Of a DNA stretch of 64,000 nt, positions 27,668-36,983 are shown piece by piece. A model generated the notes under the pieces. That model was not told the origin of the DNA and did not search any database. It saw only the letters and a program-made list of their open reading frames with translations. Position 1 is the first letter of the stretch; each line of letters starts with the position of its first letter. The DNA is taken from NCBI GenBank assembly GCA_963828605.1, contig CAWHER010000001.1, positions 334,102 to 398,101 of the forward strand, in the 5' to 3' direction. Origin of the DNA: an uncultured Actinomycetota bacterium. GTDB taxonomy: Bacteria > Actinomycetota > Actinomycetes > Mycobacteriales > QHCD01. The translations under genes were made by a program, and so were the position numbers.

Positions 27668-28438
27668 GTGACCGGTCTGCTTGCGGGCAAGCGCATCCTT
27701 GTCGCCGGGGTGACGATGGACACCTCGCTGGGGTTCGCCGTCGCGAAGGTCGCCCAGGAGCAGGGTGCGCAGGTCATCATCACCAACTTCGGGCGGGCGT
27801 TGGCCATCACCCGGCGGATCGCCAAGCGGCTGCCTACCGAGCCGATCGTCCTCGAGCTCGACGTCACGAACGACGAGCACCTGGCCGGGCTCGCGGACGC
27901 GGTGCGCGAGCACGTCGACGGGCTCGACGGCGTCGTCCACTCGATCGCGTTCGCCCCGCAGGGCGCGCTCGGCGGCAACTTCCTCAACACCTCCTGGCCG
28001 GACGCCGCGACCGCGTTCCAGGTGTCGGCCTACTCGCTCAAGGCGCTGACGATGGCCGCCCTGCCGCTGATGACTGACGGGGGAGCGGTGGTCGGGCTGA
28101 CCTTCGACGCGACCGTCGCCTGGCCGGCCTACGACTGGATGGGTGTCGCCAAGGCCGGGCTGGAGTCCTGCTCCCGCTACCTCGCCCGGGATCTCGGCCC
28201 GAAGGGCATCCGGGTCAACCTCGTCTCGGCCGGTTTCACTCGCACCATCGCCGCGAAGGGGATCCCGGGGATCGGGCCGGTGGAGGAGATGTGGGGCGAG
28301 CGGGCCCCGCTCGGCTGGGACCCCGAGGACTCCGATCCCACCGGCCGCGCCTGCGTCGCGCTGCTGTCGGACTTCTTCCCCAAGACCACTGGGGAGATCG
28401 TGCACGTCGACGGCGGCTACCACGCGATGGGCGCCTGA
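27668..28438 (+). CDS. inhA: NADH-dependent enoyl-ACP reductase InhA/FabI
   Basis: GTG follows GGAGGA. MTGLLAGKRILVAGV...SLGFAVAKVAQEQGAQV...VHSIAFAP...YDWMGVAKAGLES...GIRVNLVSAG...IVHVDGGYHAMG* is InhA-like and sits immediately after fabG1. Confidence 0.9.
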   Translation: MTGLLAGKRILVAGVTMDTSLGFAVAKVAQEQGAQVIITNFGRALAITRRIAKRLPTEPIVLELDVTNDEHLAGLADAVREHVDGLDGVVHSIAFAPQGALGGNFLNTSWPDAATAFQVSAYSLKALTMAALPLMTDGGAVVGLTFDATVAWPAYDWMGVAKAGLESCSRYLARDLGPKGIRVNLVSAGFTRTIAAKGIPGIGPVEEMWGERAPLGWDPEDSDPTGRACVALLSDFFPKTTGEIVHVDGGYHAMGA

Positions 28439-28474
28439 CACCCACGGGGGCCCGGTCCGGCCGAGCCGGGCAGG

Positions 28475-29515
28475 ATGGACGGCGTGAGCTACGACGCCCT
28501 CCTGGTGGTGTCCTTCGGCGGTCCGGAGGGGCCCGGTGACGTCCTGCCGTTCCTGGAGAACGTCACCCGTGGGCGCGGCATCCCTCGTGACCGGTTGCTC
28601 GCGGTCGCCGGGCACTACGACCACTTCGGCGGCGTGTCCCCGATCAACGCACAGAACCGGGCGCTGATCGGCGCGGTCGGGGACGACTTCGCCCGGCACG
28701 GCCTCGACCTGCCGATCTACTGGGGCAACCGCAACTGGCACCCCTACCTCGCCGACGCCGTACGGCGGATGGCCGACGACGGCGTCCGCCGCGCACTGGC
28801 CTTCGTCACCAGCGCCTACTCGTCGTACTCGGGCTGCCGGCAGTACCAGGACGACATCGCCGCAGCGCGCGCGCAGGTGGGAGAGAGCGCGCCGGAGATC
28901 GACAAGATCCGGCACTTCTTCAACCACCCGGGCTTCGTCGAGCCCAACGTCGACGCCGTCCGGGCCGCCCTGGCCTCCCTTCCCGACGACCGCCGGGACG
29001 GCGCGCGGCTGGTGTTCACCGCCCACAGCGTCCCGGTCTCGATGGCGACGGCGAGCGGACCCGAGGGCGGCCTCTACGTCGCCGAGCTCGCCGAGGCCGC
29101 CCGGCTGGTCGCGGCGGCCGCCGCCCCGGGGCTGGCCTACGACCTGGTCTGGCAGAGCCGCAGCGGACCGCCCCAGGTGCCCTGGCTCGAGCCCGACATC
29201 GTCGACCACATCGACGCGCTCGCGGCCGGGGGCGTGTCCGCCGTCGTGGTGTCCCCGATCGGGTTCGTCAGCGACCACCTCGAGGTGCTCTGGGACCTCG
29301 ACAACCAGGCCGCCGGGGCGGCAAGGGAACGCGGTATCGCCTTCGCCCGGGCCGCGACCGCCGGGACCGATCCGCGGTTCGTGACGATGGTCCGGGAGCT
29401 GGTCCGGGAGCGGACGGACCCAGATCCGGAACGCCGGGCACTCGGCCCCATGGGCCCCTCGCACGACGCCTGCCCGCTCGGCTGCTGCCCTGCCCCACGT
29501 CGCCCGGGCTCTTGA
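28475..29515 (+). CDS. hemH: Ferrochelatase, actinobacterial coproporphyrin type, with a C-terminal Cys cluster
   Basis: YDALLVVSFGGPEGPGDVLPFLENVTRGRGIP...YWGNRNWHPY...FTAHSVP...SPIGFVSDHLEVLWDLD. The C-terminal ...DACPLGCCPA plus an internal SGCRQY fit the [2Fe-2S]-type ferrochelatases. Confidence 0.9.
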   Translation: MDGVSYDALLVVSFGGPEGPGDVLPFLENVTRGRGIPRDRLLAVAGHYDHFGGVSPINAQNRALIGAVGDDFARHGLDLPIYWGNRNWHPYLADAVRRMADDGVRRALAFVTSAYSSYSGCRQYQDDIAAARAQVGESAPEIDKIRHFFNHPGFVEPNVDAVRAALASLPDDRRDGARLVFTAHSVPVSMATASGPEGGLYVAELAEAARLVAAAAAPGLAYDLVWQSRSGPPQVPWLEPDIVDHIDALAAGGVSAVVVSPIGFVSDHLEVLWDLDNQAAGAARERGIAFARAATAGTDPRFVTMVRELVRERTDPDPERRALGPMGPSHDACPLGCCPAPRRPGS

Positions 29516-29588
29516 CCTGATGCCGGTTATGGGGTCAGATGCCGGGATCGCGGGAGCCGTCCCGCGGTCCTGACAGGGAGCCACCGGG

Positions 29589-30659
29589 ATGACCAGCCTG
29601 CTTCGCCGCCGTGTCCTCGCCGTCCTCGCCGCGGTCACCCTGCCGCTCTCCATCGCCGTTCCGGCCGCCGCCGCCGCCGCCGGGCACCCGACACCGGCGG
29701 CAGCCGCCCCCGTGGCCGGCGTCCGCGCCGACGACGGGGCGCACGTCGTCGCCGAGCAATGGGTGGCCCCCCGCCAGCTCGACCTCACCATCTCCTCGCC
29801 CGCGTTGGGCGGCACTGGCATGGTGCGGCTGCTCACCCCGGACGGGTGGACGGCCGGCCGCCACGCCCGGCGCTGGCCGGTGTTCTGGCTGTTGCACGGC
29901 TGCTGCGGCGACTACACCAGCTGGACGGCGATGACCGACGTCGCGCAGATTCCGGCACTGCGGCATGTGCTCGTCGTGATGCCCGAGGCGGGCGTCGCAG
30001 GCTGGTACAGCAACTGGTGGAACCACGGCGCCGGCGGCGCACCGGCGTGGGAGACGTTCCACCTGACCGAGGTGCGGCAGATCCTCGACCGCGGTTACGG
30101 CACCGGATCACGCCGGGTCATCGCCGGACTGTCGATGGGCGGCTTCGGCGCACTGTCCTACGCCGCGCGGCACCCGGGGATGTTTCGCGCCGCCGCCTCG
30201 TACAGCGGGGTCGTGCATCCGCTTTACGAGCCCGGCGGCCCGGACAACGTCCTGTCGATCAACCAGGGCCAGGGGGTGGACCCGTACGCCGTCTGGGGCG
30301 ATCCGACCGCACAGCGGAGCATCTGGGCCGCGCACGACCCGTACGAGCTCGCCACCCGGCTGCGGCACACGCCGGTCTTCCTGTCCGTCGGCGACGGCAC
30401 GTCCGGCCCGTTCGACCCGCCCGGCAAGTCCGACGCCTTCGAGCGGCTGTTCGACGCCCAGAACCACGCCCTCGCGGCAAGGTTGACCGTGCTGCGGGCG
30501 CCGTTCGTGACGGACTTCTACGGGCCGGGAACACATACCTGGCCCTACTGGCAGCGCGAGCTGCACCGGTCGCTGCCGATGCTGCTCGCCGGGCTCGGGA
30601 TCGGGTGGCCGGCGACGCGGGCCGGTGCCCAGATCGGCACGCTCGCCGGGGCGGCCTAG
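29589..30659 (+). CDS. Secreted alpha/beta-hydrolase, esterase family (esterase D / antigen-85-like fold)
   Basis: Signal peptide with an AAAAA cleavage-like region. WPVFWLLHGCCGDYTSW and the nucleophile elbow AGLSMGGFGAL are present. The ORF is intact. Confidence 0.7.
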   Translation: MTSLLRRRVLAVLAAVTLPLSIAVPAAAAAAGHPTPAAAAPVAGVRADDGAHVVAEQWVAPRQLDLTISSPALGGTGMVRLLTPDGWTAGRHARRWPVFWLLHGCCGDYTSWTAMTDVAQIPALRHVLVVMPEAGVAGWYSNWWNHGAGGAPAWETFHLTEVRQILDRGYGTGSRRVIAGLSMGGFGALSYAARHPGMFRAAASYSGVVHPLYEPGGPDNVLSINQGQGVDPYAVWGDPTAQRSIWAAHDPYELATRLRHTPVFLSVGDGTSGPFDPPGKSDAFERLFDAQNHALAARLTVLRAPFVTDFYGPGTHTWPYWQRELHRSLPMLLAGLGIGWPATRAGAQIGTLAGAA

Positions 30660-31414
30660 CGGCGGTCGGCGGTCACCGTGTTGTAGGCGGCGACGCGGGC
30701 CCGCCGGATCGCGGCCGTCAGGGGTCGGAGGATGTCCGCCCGGCGCCGGGCCTCCTGGCCCGTGACGGCCCCACCCGGGGCGTCCTCGTGCGCGAGGTCC
30801 AGCACCGCGGCGAGCCGGTCGGCCTGCGCCAGCAGGCGCAGGGCCCGGGGGTCGTAACCGGCCGGCAGGTCCAGCCGGGCACCGCCGCGGCGTACGCCGG
30901 CCACGGCGTCCGCGATGTCCGGCCGCCAGCTGGCCACGTCCAGGGTGGTCAGCGCGGACGCCGCCTCCCGGAGCGCCTCGGTCAGATCGTGCTCGGCGTC
31001 GGCCAGCGGAAGCGGGTCCGGCCGCGGCTCGTCGATCTCGTAGGCCTGCCACGTGACCACCGTCGCCCGGCTGCCGATCGGTGACCCGCGCTCCTCGACC
31101 TCGGGAACCAGGCCGAGGCCGGCACCGAGCACCGCCTCCCCGGCCCGCAGCGCCGCGGCGGCGAAGTCGGAGCCGACCGGAAGACCGCGCGGGTCACCGG
31201 GCACCGGCAGCGCCAACCGCAGCGCATCCGCCTGCCGGGCCCGCAGCGCGGTCAGCGCCCATCCGAGCGGCGCCTCCGCCGACCCGGGGAGACCGCGGAT
31301 GTGGTGCGGCTCGTCGGCACCGGTCACCTGGACGACGACGTCGTCGTAGGACGCGCGTCCGGCGAGCCACGCCGATCCCCATGCGACGAACAGCCCGGAC
31401 CGAGAGGGACACAT
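30656..31414 (-). CDS. Conserved hypothetical protein (Rv1486c-position homologue)
   Basis: Intact 252-aa ORF from ATG 31414. It is convergent with the esterase gene and their stops overlap. Coding-type codon usage. No motif recognised. Confidence 0.55.
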   Translation of the reverse strand: MCPSRSGLFVAWGSAWLAGRASYDDVVVQVTGADEPHHIRGLPGSAEAPLGWALTALRARQADALRLALPVPGDPRGLPVGSDFAAAALRAGEAVLGAGLGLVPEVEERGSPIGSRATVVTWQAYEIDEPRPDPLPLADAEHDLTEALREAASALTTLDVASWRPDIADAVAGVRRGGARLDLPAGYDPRALRLLAQADRLAAVLDLAHEDAPGGAVTGQEARRRADILRPLTAAIRRARVAAYNTVTADRR

Positions 31415-31439
31415 GTCGGCGAGCCTACGTCGGTGCGTC

Positions 31440-31482
31440 ACGGCACGCCGGTTAGCGTGCCGTCCGGCGGTAGTCCGGCGGT
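31440..31482. promoter_or_regulatory. Inverted repeat plus adjacent 10-bp direct repeat in a divergent promoter region
   Basis: ACGGCACGC-6 nt-GCGTGCCGT (31440-31463), followed by GTCCGGCGGT x2 (31462-31482). It lies between the starts at 31414 (-) and 31499 (+). Confidence 0.25.
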
Positions 31483-31498
31483 GGCGAGGAGGACGAGC

Positions 31499-32317
31499 GT
31501 GGGACGCAGCGACCGGTACGGCGACGACGTCCTGGCCGGGGACTGGCGCCGGCCGCGGCGGGTCCCGGAGATCGCCGCGGACGCCGGGGTGGTGGCGGAG
31601 GAGCCGGCGACCGGCTTCTGCGGCGCCGTGGTGGCCTGCGCCAAGGACGTGGTGACGCTGGAGGACCGGCACGGCCGGCGCCGGGTCTTCCCGCTGCGGG
31701 CCGCCGGGTTCCTCGTCGACGGCGCCCCGGTGACCCTGGTCCGCCCGGCATCGGTGACCCGACCGGTGCCCCGGGCCCGAACCGCCTCTGGTTCGGTCGC
31801 GGTGCCCGACGCCCCGACCCGCGTCGCCCGGGCGAGCCGGATCTACGTCGAGGGTGTGCACGACGCCGCGCTGGTCGAGCGGGTGTGGGGTGACGACCTG
31901 CGGATCGAGGGGATCGTCGTCGAACCGTTGCACGGCGTCGACGACCTGTCCGCGGTCGTCGACGGGTTCCGGCCGGGACGGGATCGCCGGCTGGGCGTGC
32001 TCGTCGACCACCTGGTCCCGGGGACCAAGGAGGCGCGGATCGTCGCCGCGGTGCGCAACCCGCACGTCCTCGTCACCGGTCACCCCTACGTCGACATCTG
32101 GCAGGCCGTAAAGCCGGCCGCGGTCGGCATCCCGGCCTGGCCGCAGGTGCCGCGCGGCACGCCGTGGAAGGAGGGTGTCTGCGCCGCGCTCGGCGTCGCC
32201 GATCCCCAGACGATGTGGCGCCGGGTGCTCGGCGCCGTGTCGACCTACGCCGACCTGCAGACTCCGCTGCTGGGCGCGGTGGAGCGCCTGATCGACTTCG
32301 TCACCGACACCGGGTGA
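31499..32317 (+). CDS. DUF3097-family protein
   Basis: GTG 31499 follows GGCGAGGAGGA. RIYVEGVHDAALVERVWGDDLRIEGIVVEPLHGVDDL...VLVDHLVPGTKEARI...HVLVTGHPYVDIWQAVKP matches my recollection of DUF3097. The ORF is intact. Confidence 0.6.
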   Translation: MGRSDRYGDDVLAGDWRRPRRVPEIAADAGVVAEEPATGFCGAVVACAKDVVTLEDRHGRRRVFPLRAAGFLVDGAPVTLVRPASVTRPVPRARTASGSVAVPDAPTRVARASRIYVEGVHDAALVERVWGDDLRIEGIVVEPLHGVDDLSAVVDGFRPGRDRRLGVLVDHLVPGTKEARIVAAVRNPHVLVTGHPYVDIWQAVKPAAVGIPAWPQVPRGTPWKEGVCAALGVADPQTMWRRVLGAVSTYADLQTPLLGAVERLIDFVTDTG

Positions 32318-32357
32318 CGAAAAGCGCCTCCGGTCGAATAAGTGGCAGGATGGATCT

Positions 32358-32792
32358 GTGGCCGACTGGTTGATCTGGTTGATCGCGGCGGGGGCCTTGG
32401 TCGTCGCCGAGACACTCTCGCTCGGCCTCGTCCTCATCATGTTCGCCGGCGGCGCCCTGCTCGCCGGCGGCGCGGCGGCTCTCGGCCTCGGGGTGGGCCT
32501 GCAGGTCCTGGTGTTCGCGATCGCCGCGGTCGGCCTGCTGATGGTCGTCCGGCCGATCGCCCGACGGCACCTGGAGAACACCGCTGAGCTCAGCAGGACC
32601 GGCATCGAGGCGCTCGTGGGTCGCACCGCCACCGTGCTGCGCACCGTCGACGCGAAGCAGGGTCGGGTCAAGATCGGCGGCGACGAGTGGTCGGCGCAGA
32701 GCTACGACGCGACGCAGGTGCTCGAGGTCGGACGTACTGTCAGGGTCATGGAGATCAACGGCGTCACCGCCGTCGTTTGGGGAGAGCCGTAA
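32358..32792 (+). CDS. NfeD-family membrane protein
   Basis: It has two or three N-terminal TM helices and a C-terminal OB-like domain (GRTATVLRTVDAKQGRVKIGGDEWSAQS...VRVMEINGVTAVV). Its TAA overlaps the ATG of the SPFH gene (TAATG). Confidence 0.85.
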   Translation: MADWLIWLIAAGALVVAETLSLGLVLIMFAGGALLAGGAAALGLGVGLQVLVFAIAAVGLLMVVRPIARRHLENTAELSRTGIEALVGRTATVLRTVDAKQGRVKIGGDEWSAQSYDATQVLEVGRTVRVMEINGVTAVVWGEP

Positions 32793-34090
32793 TGGCCGCA
32801 TTGATCGCACTGGGCGTCATCGTCGTTCTGGTGCTCGTCGTTCTTGCCAGAAGCATCCGGATCGTGCCGCAGGCCCGGGCGGGGGTCGTCGAGCGGCTCG
32901 GCCGGTTCACCAAGGTCCTGCCGCCGGGCATCGCGTTCCTGGCGCCGTTCGTGGACCGGGTCCGCGCGATGATCGACCTGCGCGAGCAGGTCGTGTCGTT
33001 CCCGCCGCAGCCGGTCATCACCTCGGACAACCTGACCGTCAACATCGATACGGTCATCTACTTCCAGGTCACCGATCCGCGCGCGGCGACGTACGAGATC
33101 GCCAACTTCATCCAGGCCGTCGAGCAGCTCACCATCACCACGCTGCGTAACGTGGTCGGCGGGATGAACCTCGAAGAGGCGCTGACCTCCCGGGATGCGA
33201 TCAACACCCGGTTGCGCGGCGAACTCGACGAGGCGACCGGCCGGTGGGGCATCCGGGTCGGCCGGGTCGAGCTCAAGGCGATCGACCCGCCGCCCTCCAT
33301 CAAGGACTCGATGGAGAAGCAGATGCGCGCCGACCGGGACAAGCGCGCGATCATCCTGCAGGCCGAGGGTGCGCGGGAGTCGGCCATCAAGACCGCTGAA
33401 GGCCAGAAGGCGGCGCAGATCCTCAGCGCACAGGGCCAGAAGCAGGCGGCGATCCTCAGCGCCGAGGCCGAGCGGCAGAGCCTGATCCTGCGGGCCGAGG
33501 GCGAGCGCGCCGCGCGTTACCTGTCCTCGCAGGGCCAGGCCAAGGCCATCGAGACGGTGTTCCGCTCGATCCACAACGCCGACCCCGACCCGAAGCTCCT
33601 CGCCTACCAGTACCTGCAGACGCTGCCGCAGATCGCGCAGGGCGACGCCAACAAGCTGTGGATCGTGCCCAGCGAGTTCAGCAAGGCGCTGGAGGGTCTG
33701 TCGCGGTTCACCGGCGGCGACAAGGAGGAGGGCTCCGGGGGGCCGTCCGGCTCCTGGCTCACGCAGGCCGGCGACACGCCGTCGGCTCCGCCGAACGGCG
33801 AGGCACCGATCGACACGTCCGACTGGTTCGACTCCAAGCTCCCGCCGGCGGCGGTGCAGCCGGAGTCGCTGCGGGCGTCGGACTCCGACCCGGACAGCAT
33901 CGAGGCCCACGAGGGGCTGCCCGACGTCGGCGGGTCGCTGCGGCCCGGCCTGCCGCCGATCCCGCCGGTCTCCGTCCCGAAGGTGGACATCCCGAAGCCG
34001 GACCTGTCGCTCCCGGATGTCCCGGAGGACACCCTCGCCGAGCCGCCGGACGAGCCGCCACCGCCGCCTCGGCCGTCGCCCGGCCCCTGA
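32792..34090 (+). CDS. SPFH/band-7 (stomatin-like) protein with a long Pro/Asp-rich C-terminal extension
   Basis: N-terminal TM, then RIVPQARAGVVERLGRFTKVLPPGIAFLAPFVDRV...ITSDNLTVNIDTVIYFQVTDP...AIDPPPSIKDSMEKQMRADRDKRA. The tail is ...PDVPEDTLAEPPDEPPPPPRPSPGP*. Confidence 0.9.
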   Translation: MAALIALGVIVVLVLVVLARSIRIVPQARAGVVERLGRFTKVLPPGIAFLAPFVDRVRAMIDLREQVVSFPPQPVITSDNLTVNIDTVIYFQVTDPRAATYEIANFIQAVEQLTITTLRNVVGGMNLEEALTSRDAINTRLRGELDEATGRWGIRVGRVELKAIDPPPSIKDSMEKQMRADRDKRAIILQAEGARESAIKTAEGQKAAQILSAQGQKQAAILSAEAERQSLILRAEGERAARYLSSQGQAKAIETVFRSIHNADPDPKLLAYQYLQTLPQIAQGDANKLWIVPSEFSKALEGLSRFTGGDKEEGSGGPSGSWLTQAGDTPSAPPNGEAPIDTSDWFDSKLPPAAVQPESLRASDSDPDSIEAHEGLPDVGGSLRPGLPPIPPVSVPKVDIPKPDLSLPDVPEDTLAEPPDEPPPPPRPSPGP

Positions 34091-34140
34091 CGACTCCGAC
34101 GACCCTGACGACCCTGACGACCGTGACGACCCTGACGACC
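34087..34140. repeat. 9-bp tandem repeat x6 (CTGACGACC-like) starting at the SPFH stop codon
   Basis: Units are CTGACGACT CCGACGACC CTGACGACC CTGACGACC GTGACGACC CTGACGACC. Five of the six units put a TGA in the SPFH frame. Confidence 0.9.
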
Positions 34141-34148
34141 GCGGCCGG

Positions 34149-34958
34149 TCAGGTGCCCGCCGACACGTCCCGGCGCCGCCGCCCGACGCGGTGGTCGCGG
34201 AGCGACCCGATGCCATGGTCGCGGAGCGGCCCGACGCGGTAGCCGAGTGCGCGGGCCCGGTCGATGACGCCGGGAAGTGCGCCCAGCGCCGAACCCCAGG
34301 AACCCGGGGCGGCGAAGCTGTCGGCGTCGTGCAGCAGCAGGGTCGCGCCGCCTTCGATCCCCGGCGCGATGGTCTGCTCGACCGAGAGCGGGCTGGCCTG
34401 CGGGGTCCAGTCCCGGCCCCATGCCGTCCACAGCACCGGCCGCATCCCGAGTGCGGCGGCGCAGACCGCGGCGTCACCGGTCAGGACGCCGTACGGCGGG
34501 CGGAACCACCGCGGCGATACGCCGGTGACCTCGGTGACGAGGTCCCGGGCCCGCGCCAGGTCGTCGTAGACGTGCCACGGCGGCCGCCCCAGCAGGTAGC
34601 GGTGGTCGAACCCGTGGACGGCGACCTCGTGGCCGGCATCGGCGACGGCCCGGCCGAGCGCGCGGTCGCGGGTCAGCCGGGCGCCGACCATGAAAAACGT
34701 CGCGTGCACATCGGCGGCCTGCAGCACGTCGAGGAATTCCGGCGTCGACTCGGCGGCCGGGCCGTCGTCGAAGGTCAGGGCGACGTGGTCGGCCCGACCG
34801 CGCCCGGCGAGGCCGGGGGTGATGCGCCGGACCTGGGGCAGCCAGGTCGCCGCGGGTCCGACGTGCCACCCGGCGACGAGGGCGGCGCCGACGACCGGCC
34901 AGCCGATACGCGCCGGCACGCTCACCCCTTCCCCCCGCTCCATCCGTGGATAGGCCAT
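34149..34958 (-). CDS. Polysaccharide deacetylase (NodB/CE4 family); start uncertain (34943, 34958 or 34970)
   Basis: VALTFDDGP, HATFFMVGAR, GHEVAVHGFDH, FRPPYG and LLLHD are NodB homology motifs. There is an N-terminal TM. The C-terminus contains a 24-bp in-frame duplication (34182-34239). Confidence 0.85.
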   Translation of the reverse strand: MAYPRMERGEGVSVPARIGWPVVGAALVAGWHVGPAATWLPQVRRITPGLAGRGRADHVALTFDDGPAAESTPEFLDVLQAADVHATFFMVGARLTRDRALGRAVADAGHEVAVHGFDHRYLLGRPPWHVYDDLARARDLVTEVTGVSPRWFRPPYGVLTGDAAVCAAALGMRPVLWTAWGRDWTPQASPLSVEQTIAPGIEGGATLLLHDADSFAAPGSWGSALGALPGVIDRARALGYRVGPLRDHGIGSLRDHRVGRRRRDVSAGT

Positions 34959-34968
34959 CGTATGGCGC

Positions 34969-36084
34969 ATGGCCAGCGCGCAGGAGACCGCTCCGGAGCG
35001 ATACCTGGTGCTCACGGCGAGCATGGGCTCCGGCCACGACCAGGTGGCCCGGGAGCTGGTCGCCCGGCTGCCGGCGCCGGCGGACGCCCGGATCGTGGAC
35101 CTGCTCGACGTCCTCCCGGCCGGCGTCGGACGGGCGCTCCGCGGCGGCTACGCGGGGATGCTCCGCGCGGCGCCCTGGCTCTACGAAGGCATCTTCCAGA
35201 CGTTCTTCATCCCGCGCGGACATCGGCAGCCGACGACCTCGCCGCTGGTCGCCCTCGCCGCGCACCGGCTGCGGCCCCTGCTGGACCGCTGCCGGCCGAC
35301 CGCTGTCGTGTCCACCTTCCACCTCGCCGGCCAGGTCGTCGGCCGGCTGCGGGTCCGGGGCGAGCTCAACGTTCCGAGCGTCGTGGTGATCACCGAGCCG
35401 GCGGCCCACCACCTCTGGCTGCACCCGGGCACCGACCTGTTCGTCTGCCCCTACCCGTGGGTGGCCGCGCAGGCCCGGTCCCGGACCGGTCGCCCCGCGC
35501 TGGCTCCCGGTCCGGTGACCGACCCGCGGTTCGCGGACACCACCGACCCCGCACCCGGTCGGCGCACGCTCGGGCTCGCGGAGGGCCGGCAGGCGGTGCT
35601 GGTGTCCTGCGGATCGTGGGGGATGGGCGACGCGGTGGGTACGGCGACCCGGCTGGCCCAGATCGACGGCGTCCTTCCGGTGGTGCTCTGTGGCCGCAAC
35701 GAGAAGCTGCGCCGGACGTTGTCCACCGACGGCCGGGTCCTGGCGCTCGGCTGGCGGGACGACCTGCCGGAGCTCTTCGCGGCGGCCGCCGTCCTGGTGG
35801 ACAACGCCGGGGGCGGCACCTGCGCCGAGGCGTTTGCTGCGGGGCTCCCGGTGATCACCCATCGCCCGCTGCCCGGACACGGCCGGCTCGGTGTCCGGGC
35901 GCTCGCCGACGCGGCGTTGGTCACCCCGGCCGCCGACGGTGGCGCGTTGCTCGATGCGGTCGAGAAGCTCCGCCGGCCCGGACCGACGCGCGATGACCAG
36001 TGTCGCCGGGCCGCCTCGGTCTTCGAGGCGGACCCGGCTGCGGCCCTGGCCGGCTGGCTGGCCGACCGGGGGCCATCCGGCTAG
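34969..36084 (+). CDS. Glycosyltransferase, MGDG-synthase/GT28-like
   Basis: YLVLTASMGSGHDQVARELVARL is an MGDG_synth N-terminal motif. ...VVLCGRNEKLR...DNAGGGTCAEAFAAGLPVI is a GT-B C-terminal motif. The gene is divergent from the deacetylase. Confidence 0.7.
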   Translation: MASAQETAPERYLVLTASMGSGHDQVARELVARLPAPADARIVDLLDVLPAGVGRALRGGYAGMLRAAPWLYEGIFQTFFIPRGHRQPTTSPLVALAAHRLRPLLDRCRPTAVVSTFHLAGQVVGRLRVRGELNVPSVVVITEPAAHHLWLHPGTDLFVCPYPWVAAQARSRTGRPALAPGPVTDPRFADTTDPAPGRRTLGLAEGRQAVLVSCGSWGMGDAVGTATRLAQIDGVLPVVLCGRNEKLRRTLSTDGRVLALGWRDDLPELFAAAAVLVDNAGGGTCAEAFAAGLPVITHRPLPGHGRLGVRALADAALVTPAADGGALLDAVEKLRRPGPTRDDQCRRAASVFEADPAAALAGWLADRGPSG

Positions 36085-36983
36085 GAGGAGCCGGCGGTGC
36101 CCAGCCGGGTCGGGGTGACGGCCGAGCCGGCGTCGTCCGCGCCGCCGACGGCGCTCAGCGGGGACCGGGAGAGCACGATGCTGCCGCCGGCGATCAGCAG
36201 GGCGCCGACGAGGCTGGGGAGCAACCAGATCCCCCCGCGCAGCTGCTCGCCGAACAGGAAGACGCCGAAGCCGATACTGGTGAGCGGGTCGCAGATCGTG
36301 ATCGCCGGCTGAACGGCGACCAGCGACCCGGCCTGCAGCGCGTTCTGGATCAGGAAGACGCTCGCGATCCCGGTCACGACCATCGCGTAGAGCTGCCATG
36401 AGGTGACCACCGCTCCGACGCCCCCCGACAGCCGGTCCAGGGCGCCCTTCATGAGCGCCGCGGTGAAGCCGAACCCGAGACCGGCCGCGGCCCCGAACAC
36501 CGCCCCGCGATGGCCCCCTCGCAGCCGGAGCCCGACGAGCACCAGGCCGGCCATGACCCCCACGCTGACGACGCAGGCGGCCAGCCACGCGAGCCAGCCG
36601 TTGGCCTCGTGGCCGCCGTGGGGGTCGGTGGCCACGATGACCATGGCGAGGCCGGCGCTGACCGCGATCGCGCCCGAGATCGCGTCCCGGTCCAGCCGGG
36701 CGTGGAAGGCGAGGGCGGCGACGGCCAGGGTGAGCGGCAGCTCGGCGACGACGATCGGTTGGACCAGGCTCAGGTCACCGTGGCTGAGGGCGAGCGCCTG
36801 AAAGAGGAATCCACCGATAAGTCCGAGAATGCCGGCCAGCCAGATCGGGCGCCGGATGAGGTCGGTCATCAGGGACAGGCGCATCGTCTCGTTGGCCGGC
36901 GCCAGGCTGGCGGCCCGCCGCTGCAGCACCGTGCCGGTGGCGTTGCTCGCGGCGGCGCAGACCGCGAAGAAGATCGCGATCAC
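36081..36983 (-). CDS. DMT-superfamily-like polytopic membrane protein (paralogue 2)
   Basis: 300-aa ORF. GTG 36983 overlaps the upstream TGA (GTGA). It has about 9-10 hydrophobic segments and is colinear with the upstream paralogue (…LIRRPIWLAGILG… against …LIKKPLWLAGIGS…). Confidence 0.65.
   Translation of the reverse strand: MIAIFFAVCAAASNATGTVLQRRAASLAPANETMRLSLMTDLIRRPIWLAGILGLIGGFLFQALALSHGDLSLVQPIVVAELPLTLAVAALAFHARLDRDAISGAIAVSAGLAMVIVATDPHGGHEANGWLAWLAACVVSVGVMAGLVLVGLRLRGGHRGAVFGAAAGLGFGFTAALMKGALDRLSGGVGAVVTSWQLYAMVVTGIASVFLIQNALQAGSLVAVQPAITICDPLTSIGFGVFLFGEQLRGGIWLLPSLVGALLIAGGSIVLSRSPLSAVGGADDAGSAVTPTRLGTAGSS

Noticed and set aside
34474-36588. 704-aa minus-strand ORF
   Set aside because: It is antisense to the glycosyltransferase gene and out of frame with the DMT gene. 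It has no recognisable motifs and a biased RGP composition.
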